Translations under genes and position numbers: made by a program
Shown here: in pieces, positions 8,230-17,852 of the stretch
Layout of the letters: each line of letters starts with the position of its first letter
Numbering within the stretch: position 1 is the stretch's first letter
Source: an uncultured Gammaproteobacteria bacterium
GTDB taxonomy: Bacteria > Patescibacteriota > Microgenomatia > UBA8517
Assembly: GCA_964568925.1 (NCBI GenBank)
Contig: CAZMSJ010000003.1
Coordinates: 7,452-71,451, forward strand
Reading direction: 5' to 3'
Length of the DNA stretch: 64,000 nucleotides
Notes under the pieces: generated by a model
What the model was told of the DNA's origin: nothing
The model's database searches: none
The model's input: the letters and a program-made list of their open reading frames with translations, nothing else

Positions 8230-10002
8230 ATGGACAAACAATCAACAGAATATCTCGATAATTTACGTCATTCAACGGCGCACCTTTTGGCTGCAGCCGT
8301 TATGCAATTGTGGCCACATGCCCACCGCACAATTGGTCCAGCAATTGAAAATGGCTTTTATTTTGATTTTGATATGGGGGACACGAAAATATCAGAAGAA
8401 GACTTCCCAAAAATAGAGGAAGTAATGCATAAGCTCGTTTCTGATTGGAAATCGTTTGAACGAAGTGAAAAGACTCCAGATGAGGCAAAACAAGAGTACC
8501 CAGGAAATGGATATAAACATGAATTAATTGATGAATTTGCCAAAGATGGTCAAACACTCACTTTCTACACTTCTGGCAACTATACCGATTTATGTCGAGG
8601 TGGACATGTAATGCACCCAAATAGTGAAATCAAACACTTTAAATTGCTTTCTGTTGCAGGTGCTTACTGGAAAGGGAATGAGAAAAACAAAATGCTCACA
8701 AGAATCTATGGAACAGTTTTTCCAACAAAAGTATTGCTTGATGAACACCTCTTGCGTCTTGAAGAAGCAAAGCAGAAAGATCACAAGAAACTTGGCAAAG
8801 ATCTCGATCTCTTTGTCTTCTCTGACATTGTTGGGAAAGGATTGCCTCTTTGGACATCAAAAGGTGCTACTGTTCGACGCGAGATAGAGCGATTTATTGT
8901 TGATGAAGAAATTGCCCGAGGATACCAACACGTCTACACCCCAGATATCGCTAACCTTGCCTTGTATGAAAAGAGTGGACACTACCCATACTACAAGGAT
9001 TCCATGTATGCACCAATCACGATAGATGACGAGCAATACATGCTCCGCCCAATGACATGCCCACACCACTTTGAGCTCTACCTGTCTCGACCACACAGCT
9101 ACAAAGAACTTCCTGTGAGAATTGCAGAACTCGCCAAGCTCTATCGGTATGAACAATCAGGAGAGCTTTCAGGACTTCTTCGAGTGAGAAGTTTTTGTTT
9201 GGCTGACGCACACATTATTGCAACGAAAGAACAGGCTGCAGTTGAAGTACAAAACGCTTTGAACTTAATTCAATACATAGCAGGGGTTTTTGGATTAGAA
9301 CCAGGAGTGCACTACCGATATCGATTGTCTCTCGGTGACAGAGAGGACTCAACCAAGTACTATAAAGATGATGTAGCCTGGGAGAATGCTGAAGGTGTTC
9401 TTCGAAATGTCCTGTCGTCCCAAGATGTTCCGTTCTTTGAAGCCAGTGGCGAAGCCGCTTTCTATGGACCAAAGATTGATATTCAGATGAAGAATGTAAA
9501 TGGCAAAGAAGATACCGCCTTTACCGTTCAGTATGACTTTGTCATGCCAGGTCGATTTAAGTTAACCTACACTGATGAATCAGGGGAACTAGTGGAACCA
9601 GTGGTTATTCACCGATCCTCAGTTGGAGCCATTGAGCGTGTCATGGCATTTTTAATTGAGCACTTTTCCGGTAATTTCCCTGTTTGGCTTTCACCCTCAC
9701 AGGTAACCATCCTTCCAATTGCTGATCGCCATCAGGAATACGCAAAAGTAGTCGCTGAAGCATTCAAAACAAAGCAAGTTCGGGTGCACTTAGACCTTCG
9801 ATCAGAGACTCTTGGCGCTAAAATCCGGGATGCAGCACACGAGAGAACCCCGTATGTGGTCGTCATTGGAGACAAGGAAATTGAAGCACATTCTCTCTCA
9901 ATTCGAGCTCGGGGAGGGTCAGATTTGGGTAGTATGACCCCTGAAGCTTTCCTTGAATTTGTACTTGAAAAAATTCAGTCAAAAAGTCTGCAATTGAGCT
10001 AA
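8230..10002 (+). CDS. thrS: Threonyl-tRNA synthetase (short form, begins at the editing/SAD domain)
   Basis: HSTAHLLAAAV editing-domain motif, class II core (..RPMTCPHH.., ..RVRSFCLADAHI..) and a C-terminal anticodon-binding domain. At 590 aa it has no room for an N-terminal TGS domain. Confidence 0.93.
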   Translation: MDKQSTEYLDNLRHSTAHLLAAAVMQLWPHAHRTIGPAIENGFYFDFDMGDTKISEEDFPKIEEVMHKLVSDWKSFERSEKTPDEAKQEYPGNGYKHELIDEFAKDGQTLTFYTSGNYTDLCRGGHVMHPNSEIKHFKLLSVAGAYWKGNEKNKMLTRIYGTVFPTKVLLDEHLLRLEEAKQKDHKKLGKDLDLFVFSDIVGKGLPLWTSKGATVRREIERFIVDEEIARGYQHVYTPDIANLALYEKSGHYPYYKDSMYAPITIDDEQYMLRPMTCPHHFELYLSRPHSYKELPVRIAELAKLYRYEQSGELSGLLRVRSFCLADAHIIATKEQAAVEVQNALNLIQYIAGVFGLEPGVHYRYRLSLGDREDSTKYYKDDVAWENAEGVLRNVLSSQDVPFFEASGEAAFYGPKIDIQMKNVNGKEDTAFTVQYDFVMPGRFKLTYTDESGELVEPVVIHRSSVGAIERVMAFLIEHFSGNFPVWLSPSQVTILPIADRHQEYAKVVAEAFKTKQVRVHLDLRSETLGAKIRDAAHERTPYVVVIGDKEIEAHSLSIRARGGSDLGSMTPEAFLEFVLEKIQSKSLQLS

Positions 10003-10029
10003 ATCCACAATTTTGATACAATAGTCACG

Positions 10030-10578
10030 TTGAACAAACAATTTCACCCAACTTGGAGAATAAACGAAGCGATACGCGCACGAGAAGTGCGTGTTATTGG
10101 TGAGGATAACAAACAAATAGGGGTAATGACTCGAGATGAAGCCTTGGCACGCGCAAAAGAGCTCTCAGTCGACTTAATTGAGATCGTTCCACATGCAGAG
10201 CCACCTGTTGCCAAACTGATTGATTTCGGTAAGTTTAGGTACCAAGAGGAGAAAAAAGAGCGTGAAGTCAAGAAAAAAGCCAAGGGTGGTGAGATCAAAG
10301 AGATCCGTTTTACACCATTTATTGGGGATGGAGACTTTGAGACTCGGATCAGAAGAATCGATGAGTTCTTGGGCGATAGCAATAAGGTAAGAATTGTGGT
10401 AGTATTCAACAATCGCCAAATGGCGGGACCTGCAAACGGGTTTGCCTTAGTCAAACGCATCTTTGCCCGATTTGCCGATAGAACCATCGTCGACATGGAA
10501 CCAAAGTTCTTTGGAAAGCGCTTGGTTTGTGTCATTTCACCGACAAAGAAGGTGAAAAAGCAGGAAGAAATGATATAA
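10030..10578 (+). CDS. infC: Translation initiation factor IF-3, non-AUG start
   Basis: ..RINEAIRAREVRVIGEDNKQIGVMTRDEALARAKE.. plus the IF3 C-domain. No ATG or GTG lies in frame between the thrS stop (10000-10002) and the conserved N-terminus. Candidates are TTG 10030, ATA 10021 and ATC 10003. Confidence 0.9.
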   Translation: MNKQFHPTWRINEAIRAREVRVIGEDNKQIGVMTRDEALARAKELSVDLIEIVPHAEPPVAKLIDFGKFRYQEEKKEREVKKKAKGGEIKEIRFTPFIGDGDFETRIRRIDEFLGDSNKVRIVVVFNNRQMAGPANGFALVKRIFARFADRTIVDMEPKFFGKRLVCVISPTKKVKKQEEMI

Positions 10579-10586
10579 TTACACTC

Positions 10587-10829
10587 ATGCCAAAAGTTAA
10601 ATCACGAAAATCAGCACTAAAACGATATAAAATCACATCAAGTGGCAAGATTTTGCGTGGGCAAAGTATGACAAGTCATTTGCGAGTACGAAAGTCAGCC
10701 AAGCACAAGCGACGACTTTCAGGAACAATTGAAGTAACTGGACCATATGCAAAGAAGCTTATTAAAGCTTTAGGCATTCGAGTTCGACGAAACAAGCATG
10801 TTGTAAAAACAGTTGAAGCAGCCAAATAA
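10587..10829 (+). CDS. rpmI: Ribosomal protein L35
   Basis: MPKVKSRKSALKRYKITSSGKILR is the canonical L35 N-terminus. The track ORF start at 10527 lies inside infC and is rejected. Confidence 0.88.
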   Translation: MPKVKSRKSALKRYKITSSGKILRGQSMTSHLRVRKSAKHKRRLSGTIEVTGPYAKKLIKALGIRVRRNKHVVKTVEAAK

Positions 10830-10835
10830 ACACCT

Positions 10836-11174
10836 ATGAGAGTTAAATCATTAGCATCAATCAAACACCGAAAAATTAGAAAACTGACGAAAGGTTTTCG
10901 ACATTCAGCACGACGACGCATTACCGCTGGTAAAGAAGCGTTAATGCATGCTGGACACTATGCCTACGTAGGACGACATTTGCGAAAGCGAGATATGCGA
11001 GCTTTGTGGATCGTTCGTTTGTCAGCTGCAGTTAAGCTTGCTGGAACCAGTTATTCTAAGTTTATTGGCAGTATGAAAAAGGCAAACGTAGAACTCGATC
11101 GAAAAGTATTAGCTGAAATTGCAGTTAAAGATCCGTCTTCATTTGAAAAGATTGTTAAATTCCTTTCCCAATAA
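10836..11174 (+). CDS. rplT: Ribosomal protein L20
   Basis: MRVKSLASIKHRKIRKLTKGFRHSARR... and the conserved infC-rpmI-rplT gene order. Confidence 0.92.
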   Translation: MRVKSLASIKHRKIRKLTKGFRHSARRRITAGKEALMHAGHYAYVGRHLRKRDMRALWIVRLSAAVKLAGTSYSKFIGSMKKANVELDRKVLAEIAVKDPSSFEKIVKFLSQ

Positions 11175-11235
11175 GGGAGGTAAGTTCCGGCGTTTAACAC
11201 TTCCCCGAATTTCACTTTCAGCTTAGAATATCCTC

Positions 11236-12255
11236 ATGCACGAAGACATCAACAGAATCAGAAACGAATTCATGGCTCTTGTCATGGACGCACAAACTGA
11301 ATCTGATATCGAGGCCTTACGAATTCGCTTCCTTGGTCGAAGTGGTGCTCTCTCACACATTACCAAAGACTTAATCGCTCTTCCTGTTGAAAAAAAGAAA
11401 GAAGCAGGAAAAGCTTTAAATGAAACAAAACAAATCATCGAGAACGCGCTCACCGCTCGTATTGATGAACTTCAACAGAAACAATCAAGCTCCTTTGATG
11501 ACACCGTTCCTGGTATTGAACCAGTGATCGGACACACCCACATTGTTACCCAAGCAATTGATGAAATTTCAAAAGTATTCACAGACATCGGGTTTATCAG
11601 AAGACGATACCAAGAAGTTGAATGGGATTGGTATGCCTTTACTGCGCTAAACTTCTCTGAAAATCACCCAGCACGAGACGAATGGGAAACTTTTTTAATC
11701 GATGAAAAAGGACCAAAGTCGTTGGGAGGCATGATTTTGACCCCTCACACATCAAGTGGTCAGGTCCGAGAAATGCAACGCATTGAAACTCCACCAATTC
11801 GAATGATTAACATTAGTAAAACATACCGACGACAGTCTGATGTTTCTCACGTTCCAATGTTCCATCAATTTGAAGGGTTAGTTATTGATGAAAATATAAA
11901 TATCACCCATTTAATGGGGACCCTCGACTACTTTATGAAAACATTTTATGGTCCAGAAAGAACCTATCGAATACGCCCATACAATTTTCCATTTACCGAG
12001 CCATCATTTGAAATTGATATCGCCTGTTCCGTATGCAAAGGAAAAGGATGTCGATTGTGTAAAGCTGGATGGCTTGAGTTAGGTGGAGCAGGAATGGTGC
12101 ACCCAAATGTACTCGCAGCAGGCAACATTGATCCAAATAAATACAAAGGATATGCTTTCGGTTGGGGAGTAGAGCGTGCTTTTATGATGAAGGCAAACCT
12201 GTGGGATATTCGTATGGTCTATTCAACTGATTCTCGATTCTTAAAACAATTCTAA
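11236..12255 (+). CDS. pheS: Phenylalanyl-tRNA synthetase alpha subunit
   Basis: Class II motifs (..FEGLVID.., ..GGAGMVHPNVL.., ..GWGVERAFM..) and the pheS-pheT pairing. Confidence 0.93.
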   Translation: MHEDINRIRNEFMALVMDAQTESDIEALRIRFLGRSGALSHITKDLIALPVEKKKEAGKALNETKQIIENALTARIDELQQKQSSSFDDTVPGIEPVIGHTHIVTQAIDEISKVFTDIGFIRRRYQEVEWDWYAFTALNFSENHPARDEWETFLIDEKGPKSLGGMILTPHTSSGQVREMQRIETPPIRMINISKTYRRQSDVSHVPMFHQFEGLVIDENINITHLMGTLDYFMKTFYGPERTYRIRPYNFPFTEPSFEIDIACSVCKGKGCRLCKAGWLELGGAGMVHPNVLAAGNIDPNKYKGYAFGWGVERAFMMKANLWDIRMVYSTDSRFLKQF

Positions 12256-12259
12256 TTCT

Positions 12260-14122
12260 ATGGATATAAAAATCACCCAAGATTGGTTAAATGATTTCAT
12301 TGAAGCCAACGTATCACCACAAAAAATATCAGAACTCTTAAACCTCTATGGTCCCTCTGTTGAGAGACGAGAACAGGTAGGGGATGATACGGTCTATTCA
12401 ATTGAAGTTACCACAAACCGAGTTGATGCAGCTTCAGTCATGGGAATTGCACGAGAGTTAACGGCGATCCTTCCTCGTGATGGATATGAAATTAAAACAA
12501 AAACACCACCAGAAGTAGATCTTCCATTTAAGCAAAAGGCGAGTGTCATGGTGATTAACGATCCACTTCTAGCGAGCCGATTAATGGTCGTTGAATGCAA
12601 AAATGTGACCATTAAACCTTCACCAGAATTTATTCAAAAGAGACTAACTGCCATTGGCGTAAAACCAAAAAACAATGTGGTCGACATCACAAACTACGTA
12701 ATGTATGAACGTGGTATTCCTCTTCATGCCTTTGATATGCAAAAGCTTACTGAAAAACATTTGCTCCTGAGACTTGCACAAAAGGGAGAGACGATTGTGA
12801 CCCTTGATAACAAGAAACATGTTTTAAAAGGCACTGAAGTTGTTTTTGAAGATGGTGAAGGAGTAATTCAAGATTTACCAGGAATCATGGGGACAGCAAA
12901 CACGGCAATTGATGAGAACACCACAGAAGTTCTCTTAATTGCTGAACACATTGATCCAGTGCGTATTCGAAAAGCATCACTTTCACTTGAAATTCGAACA
13001 CATGCCGCAATCTTAAATGAGAAGAGTGTAGATGAAGAAATGATTCCATCAACTCTTGCTCGAGCAAGCTACCTATTAAAAGAATATGCAAACGCTAAAA
13101 TTATTGCCGTTCGAGATGTAAAAGAAAATAAATTCAAATCAACCTTTGTCAAAGTAAAACTTTCTCAAATTGAAGCCCTGATGGGAGTACCAATGACCGA
13201 GTCTGAAATAAGTAACATCTTACATTCCTTGGGATTCAAGACAATTTGGAGAAACAAAAAATGTACAGTAAGGATCCCATCATGGAGAAAAGAAGATGTG
13301 ACAATTGCGGAAGATGTTATAGAAGAAATTGTACGTATCTATGGATATCATGCTCTTCCACGCATTGGTCTATCTGCTCACGCACCACTTGTTCCAACAG
13401 ACCCAGAAATTGCGTTTGAACAACAAGTTAAAACTGCATTAGTTAAAACCGGTGCATGTGAAGTTGTGACCTTGTCACTTGTTCCACAAGAGTGGGTAAC
13501 TGATGGGGTTAAAATCGCCAACCCATTAGGTGCTGATGGAGCATATTTGCGAACTGCAATTTTGCCGTCACTTATTGCTGCAGCAGAAGGCAATAGACAT
13601 GAGAAAGAGCCATTCCATATGTTTGAAATTGGACACGTCTTCAAACGAAAAAACAATTCGTTGCCAGATGAGGTAACTCATGTTGCAGGAATATTCATGA
13701 ATACAAATTACCGTGCAGCAAAGGGAACTCTTGCTTCGCTGTTAAAACAAATTGGTTCAACTGCAGAAGTAGAGCTATCAGCCAAAGGCAATTATTTTGT
13801 ATATGAAGTTCCACTACATACATTAAAAGATACCCAAGTGTCAGAGCGTACCTTTATGCCAATTCCTAAGTACCCACCACAGGTTGAAGATATGACATTT
13901 GTACTTCCTAAAAAGGTGCCGGTAGGATCTGTCATTACATCTATTCAAAAAATATCAGAGCTGATTGTGTCCGTTGATCTAGTGGACATCTATAACGATG
14001 CATACACAGTAAGAATTACCTACCAACATCCAGAAAAGACATTAACTGATAGGGAAATCACCCCAATTCGAAAGGAAATTACTCACTTTGTTGAAAAGGA
14101 ACTCAAAGGAGAAATTAAGTAA
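12260..14122 (+). CDS. pheT: Phenylalanyl-tRNA synthetase beta subunit (short form lacking the N-terminal OB tRNA-binding domain)
   Basis: The B1-like start MDIKITQDWLNDFIE runs almost directly into ..YSIEVTTNRVDAASVMGIAREL.. A C-terminal FDX-ACB-like tail is present. Length is 620 aa. Confidence 0.88.
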   Translation: MDIKITQDWLNDFIEANVSPQKISELLNLYGPSVERREQVGDDTVYSIEVTTNRVDAASVMGIARELTAILPRDGYEIKTKTPPEVDLPFKQKASVMVINDPLLASRLMVVECKNVTIKPSPEFIQKRLTAIGVKPKNNVVDITNYVMYERGIPLHAFDMQKLTEKHLLLRLAQKGETIVTLDNKKHVLKGTEVVFEDGEGVIQDLPGIMGTANTAIDENTTEVLLIAEHIDPVRIRKASLSLEIRTHAAILNEKSVDEEMIPSTLARASYLLKEYANAKIIAVRDVKENKFKSTFVKVKLSQIEALMGVPMTESEISNILHSLGFKTIWRNKKCTVRIPSWRKEDVTIAEDVIEEIVRIYGYHALPRIGLSAHAPLVPTDPEIAFEQQVKTALVKTGACEVVTLSLVPQEWVTDGVKIANPLGADGAYLRTAILPSLIAAAEGNRHEKEPFHMFEIGHVFKRKNNSLPDEVTHVAGIFMNTNYRAAKGTLASLLKQIGSTAEVELSAKGNYFVYEVPLHTLKDTQVSERTFMPIPKYPPQVEDMTFVLPKKVPVGSVITSIQKISELIVSVDLVDIYNDAYTVRITYQHPEKTLTDREITPIRKEITHFVEKELKGEIK

Positions 14123-14160
14123 AAAACCTCAAAACTCTTCACGAGTGATATAATCCTATA

Positions 14161-14763
14161 TTGCCCAAATGGTATTTCAATATGAATACTTTCTTTTTGG
14201 GCCAAAAAAAATACATAACAATTCCTCTTGCAATAGCGATAGGATTCTACTTTTTGCCTCTTACGATACTTGCTGCAATTGCATATTTTACGAAGCAGAA
14301 AGTCACTAACCAAGGAATAAGGCGTATCTGCTACATAATTCTTGTGATCTTTGCCTTCCCACTCGTACTCGCATATGCAACTCCAACCGACAATGCACCC
14401 AAAAGTACTGTGTCCGTACAAGAAACGACAAAAGTATCACCTGCTACAAATACACCAACAGTACAACCAAGTACTGAGAAGCCAAAAATGATTGATTCTA
14501 TTTCAACTGAAACAATGAAGACAAAGGCAGTATTGGCAACGACAATGGCAAAAGCTACTCCTCGGCCAACAACAACTCCAGTTCAACCTGTAAACACACC
14601 AGCAGTAGCCCCGCGATACTCATGTAATTGTTCAAAAACCTGTACAGAAATTAGTAGCTGTGACGAAGCTCAGTATTTACTAAATGTATGTGGCTGCGGA
14701 GCGAGAGACAATGACAAAGATGGAATAGCGTGTGACAGTGCACCACTGCATTGTCAGAATTAA
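14161..14763 (+). CDS. Membrane protein with a P/T-rich linker and a C-terminal Excalibur calcium-binding domain
   Basis: Two TM helices. C-terminus ..CSKTCTEISSCDEAQYLLNVCGCGARDNDKDGIACD.. carries the DxDxDGxxC loop. The start is TTG 14161 or ATG 14182. Confidence 0.7.
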   Translation: MPKWYFNMNTFFLGQKKYITIPLAIAIGFYFLPLTILAAIAYFTKQKVTNQGIRRICYIILVIFAFPLVLAYATPTDNAPKSTVSVQETTKVSPATNTPTVQPSTEKPKMIDSISTETMKTKAVLATTMAKATPRPTTTPVQPVNTPAVAPRYSCNCSKTCTEISSCDEAQYLLNVCGCGARDNDKDGIACDSAPLHCQN

Positions 14764-14765
14764 GG

Positions 14766-17330
14766 TTATTGAGAATCCCAAGAAGTACCAACTCCAATTT
14801 GAATCTTTCTGTCTGATTGATTTCCTTTGTCATCTTTAACTACTGCTCGAAGTGTGTGAACTCCATTTGTTAACTCTGTTTCAAACTCATACGGAGCCCC
14901 TGTAAAACTGCGTACCGTTGTTCCATCTACCTCTAACCATACATTTGACAGGTTATTGAGTGATGACACCTTAAAACTGATTTTCAAAGCTTTGTCGAGG
15001 TTTGAGGAACGGTCTGTTGGGCTTACAAAGTCAATATTTAAGGGAGCACTCGTTACACCAGAACAATATTCAGTTGGAACTTTGTATTTTCCATTGTCAG
15101 GCTGGCTATTGATCCACTCAATAATTCCTTTTTGCCATTTGTTCTCTCCACCAGCTGGTGCTGTTGGATCTTCTTCCTTCAAGATAATAAATTCCTTGTT
15201 TTCATAATTGTTTGCAGCCACATCAGATGGTGTTGCAAGTTTTCCTTCACCTTTACACACTTTCAAATTGACATGCATGGTGTCATCTCCAGGTTCTGTC
15301 CCCTTTACGAAGTATTCTGTTCTGTCAGGGAAACCATCATGAGACTTTAATCCTGAAATTCGATCTACGGTCTGAGTGGTTACTTCACTTGGGGTATCAA
15401 ATGGAACAACAGGTTTGTTGGCAACAGCAGCTTTTACAATTCTGTTCCAGATTGGAGAGGCTCCTGAGACACCAGAGGCCACCTGTTTCATTGCAGAATT
15501 ATCGTTGTTACCTACCCAGGTACCAACAATTACTTGTGGTGTTCCTCCAATTGCCCAGTTATCACGTCGATCATTTGTTGTACCAGTTTTAACAGCAACC
15601 GCTCGGCCAGGAATATTTAATAGAGAATTTAAGCCAAAGGTATCTTTTCGCGCATCATTATCTGAGAGGATATTTGAAATGATGTATGCAACGTCAGTTG
15701 GAATAACTTGATTTCCTTTCTTTGGACTATTTTTTTCAAGAACCTTTCCATCTTGATCTTGGACTTCAAGAATTGCGACCGGATCAACACGATATCCTTG
15801 GTTTAAGAATGCAGAGTAGGCTGAAGTAATTTCAACTAACTTAACTTCACCACCACCTAAGGCAAGTGACAAACCGACCCGTGACATCGTTGCTGCCGTT
15901 GGCTGAAGACTTGAAATACCCATGTCGTTAGCTAGTGTCAACACATCTTTAATACCAACTAATGCAATTAACTTAACAGCAGGAATGTTAAGGGAGTTTG
16001 CCAATGCATAGCGCAACTGAACAGGACCTCTGAATTTTCCATCATAGTTAACTGGAGTGTAATCAGGTTGATTTGCTCCTCCCGGGAAGTTTGTCGGTGC
16101 ATCAACAAGAACACTTGCTGCGGTGTACCCCTTTTCAAGAGCCTTGGTATAGACAATTGGTTTAATTGCAGAGCCTGGCTGTCGAAGTGATGTCGTTACG
16201 TTTACCTGTCCATCATAATCTTTGGCGTTAAAGTCTTTTGAACCTACCATTGCCAAAATTTCCCCAGTTTGTGGGTCAATGGCAACCGCTGCACCATTTC
16301 CAATATGAAGTGACTGAACTTTCTCAATTTCTTCTGAAACAATTGATTGTGCTTTCTCCTGCAAATCAAGATCAAGGGTGGTGGTCACTTTAAGTCCTCC
16401 ACGAGCAACCGTTTCTTCACCATATCTGTCATTTAAAATGTTTTGTACATACTGTACAAAGTGAGGAGCTTTAAAGTCAGCTCCCTTTGGTTGGAATTCA
16501 AGGTTATCTAGTGCAGTACGAGCTTCTTGTTCCTGCTCTTTGGTGATATAGGAATCCTCTCGCATACGACGTAATACTTCTTGAGTTCGACCGATATATG
16601 CTTTGTTAGGGTTTAAGTATGGTGAATAGTAGGGAGGTCTTTGAGGAAGTCCTGCCAAGAAGGCACACTCAACTAAATTTAAATCTTTTACACTTTTGCC
16701 AAAATAAATTTCAGCAGCTGTCCCAGCACCGTATGCTGAGCCACCATATGGTGCTTCATTTAGGTAAAGCGTTAAGATTTCGTCTTTTGAATACTTCTTT
16801 TCAATCTGCAAGGTCAAAATAAGTTCCTTTACTTTACGAATTGCAGTTCGCTCAGGAGTTAAGAGCACATTTTTAACTAACTGCTGGGTTAATGTTGAAC
16901 CTCCAATAAGTCGCTGCTTCGTTATTAAGTTTTGTAAAATACGTAAATACCCTAATGGATCAAACCCTTGATGGGTATAGAAATTCTTGTCTTCAATCGC
17001 AATCGTTCCTTTCTTTAAGTATTCAGGGATGTCAGACAAGGTAACAGGGCTTCGTCGTTGATCAACATAGACGTCATACAAGAGCTTTCCATTTCTGTCT
17101 AAAATCTTTGTTGAAAATCCATCATGACGTACGATGTTTTCTGGAGCAGGAAGAAGGAAAGTCATTACTTGAAACCCAACAAAAGCAACAACAACTGAAA
17201 CTAGAAAGACAATAAAACCAATTTTGACAAACGTGGCAATTCTCTGAGATCGAGAAGCTGGGGGACGACCAGACGGAGTAAGTGGTCTTCTTGCTTGGCG
17301 ACTATTCATACGTGCTCGTTCTTTCCACAT
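14766..17330 (-). CDS. Class A penicillin-binding protein (GT51 transglycosylase plus transpeptidase) with a C-terminal Ig-like domain
   Basis: GT51 motifs EDKNFYTHQGFD and GGSTLTQQL. Transpeptidase motifs SAIKP, SLN and KTGTT. N-terminal TM anchor. Confidence 0.92.
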   Translation of the reverse strand: MWKERARMNSRQARRPLTPSGRPPASRSQRIATFVKIGFIVFLVSVVVAFVGFQVMTFLLPAPENIVRHDGFSTKILDRNGKLLYDVYVDQRRSPVTLSDIPEYLKKGTIAIEDKNFYTHQGFDPLGYLRILQNLITKQRLIGGSTLTQQLVKNVLLTPERTAIRKVKELILTLQIEKKYSKDEILTLYLNEAPYGGSAYGAGTAAEIYFGKSVKDLNLVECAFLAGLPQRPPYYSPYLNPNKAYIGRTQEVLRRMREDSYITKEQEQEARTALDNLEFQPKGADFKAPHFVQYVQNILNDRYGEETVARGGLKVTTTLDLDLQEKAQSIVSEEIEKVQSLHIGNGAAVAIDPQTGEILAMVGSKDFNAKDYDGQVNVTTSLRQPGSAIKPIVYTKALEKGYTAASVLVDAPTNFPGGANQPDYTPVNYDGKFRGPVQLRYALANSLNIPAVKLIALVGIKDVLTLANDMGISSLQPTAATMSRVGLSLALGGGEVKLVEITSAYSAFLNQGYRVDPVAILEVQDQDGKVLEKNSPKKGNQVIPTDVAYIISNILSDNDARKDTFGLNSLLNIPGRAVAVKTGTTNDRRDNWAIGGTPQVIVGTWVGNNDNSAMKQVASGVSGASPIWNRIVKAAVANKPVVPFDTPSEVTTQTVDRISGLKSHDGFPDRTEYFVKGTEPGDDTMHVNLKVCKGEGKLATPSDVAANNYENKEFIILKEEDPTAPAGGENKWQKGIIEWINSQPDNGKYKVPTEYCSGVTSAPLNIDFVSPTDRSSNLDKALKISFKVSSLNNLSNVWLEVDGTTVRSFTGAPYEFETELTNGVHTLRAVVKDDKGNQSDRKIQIGVGTSWDSQ

Positions 17331-17373
17331 GTTCTTATTCTATCAAATTTCGATGCGGTATACTTGAAAATCT

Positions 17374-17826
17374 ATGTGGTACAACCTAAACAAGCGAATA
17401 ATCTTAACCTTTGGCCCACCTCTCATTAAACTTTTGGGTCTTTCTCTTCCAACAATTGGCTCTGCGGTAACCATTATTGAGAAGGACGGAAAAATATTAG
17501 CAGTTAACTTAGCCTACAAAAATGGTTACTCACTACCTGGTGGTGGTGTAAACAAAGGAGAGACACTTGAAGAGGCAGTAATTCGAGAAGTAAAAGAGGA
17601 AACAAACTTAACCCTTGAGAATCCAGTCTACTTTGGCAGTGAGGCAGCTGACATGAAAACGTATGGAGTTGTTTCAGCTCTCTTTATTGGAACAGTTACA
17701 GACTTAACCGCGTTATCTTCCTCAACTGAAGGGGAAGTGACCTGGGAAGACCCACGGTTTGTATGGGAGCATGCAGCATATAAAGATGTAAAAAAGCACC
17801 TTGGAAATTACTTCGGCTTCAAATAA
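17374..17826 (+). CDS. NUDIX hydrolase
   Basis: Nudix box GGGVNKGETLEEAVIREVKEETNL. Confidence 0.8.
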   Translation: MWYNLNKRIILTFGPPLIKLLGLSLPTIGSAVTIIEKDGKILAVNLAYKNGYSLPGGGVNKGETLEEAVIREVKEETNLTLENPVYFGSEAADMKTYGVVSALFIGTVTDLTALSSSTEGEVTWEDPRFVWEHAAYKDVKKHLGNYFGFK

Positions 17827-17852
17827 CCTTCCGTTCGTACTACAATCAAGAC

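Noticed and set aside
10044-10535. 163-aa ORF antisense to infC
   Set aside because: It overlaps a confidently identified conserved gene over its entire length. Its composition is Ser/Arg/Leu-rich and typical of antisense frames, and it has no start-site signals.
10527-10586. Long 5' extension of rpmI in the ORF track
   Set aside because: The extension lies inside the infC coding sequence. The canonical L35 N-terminus MPKVK begins at ATG 10587.
17827-17852. Expected T-box leaders upstream of tyrS, hisS and pheS
   Set aside because: The upstream gaps are only 26-66 nt and contain no UGGNACC bulge or terminator. Only thrS has a T-box.
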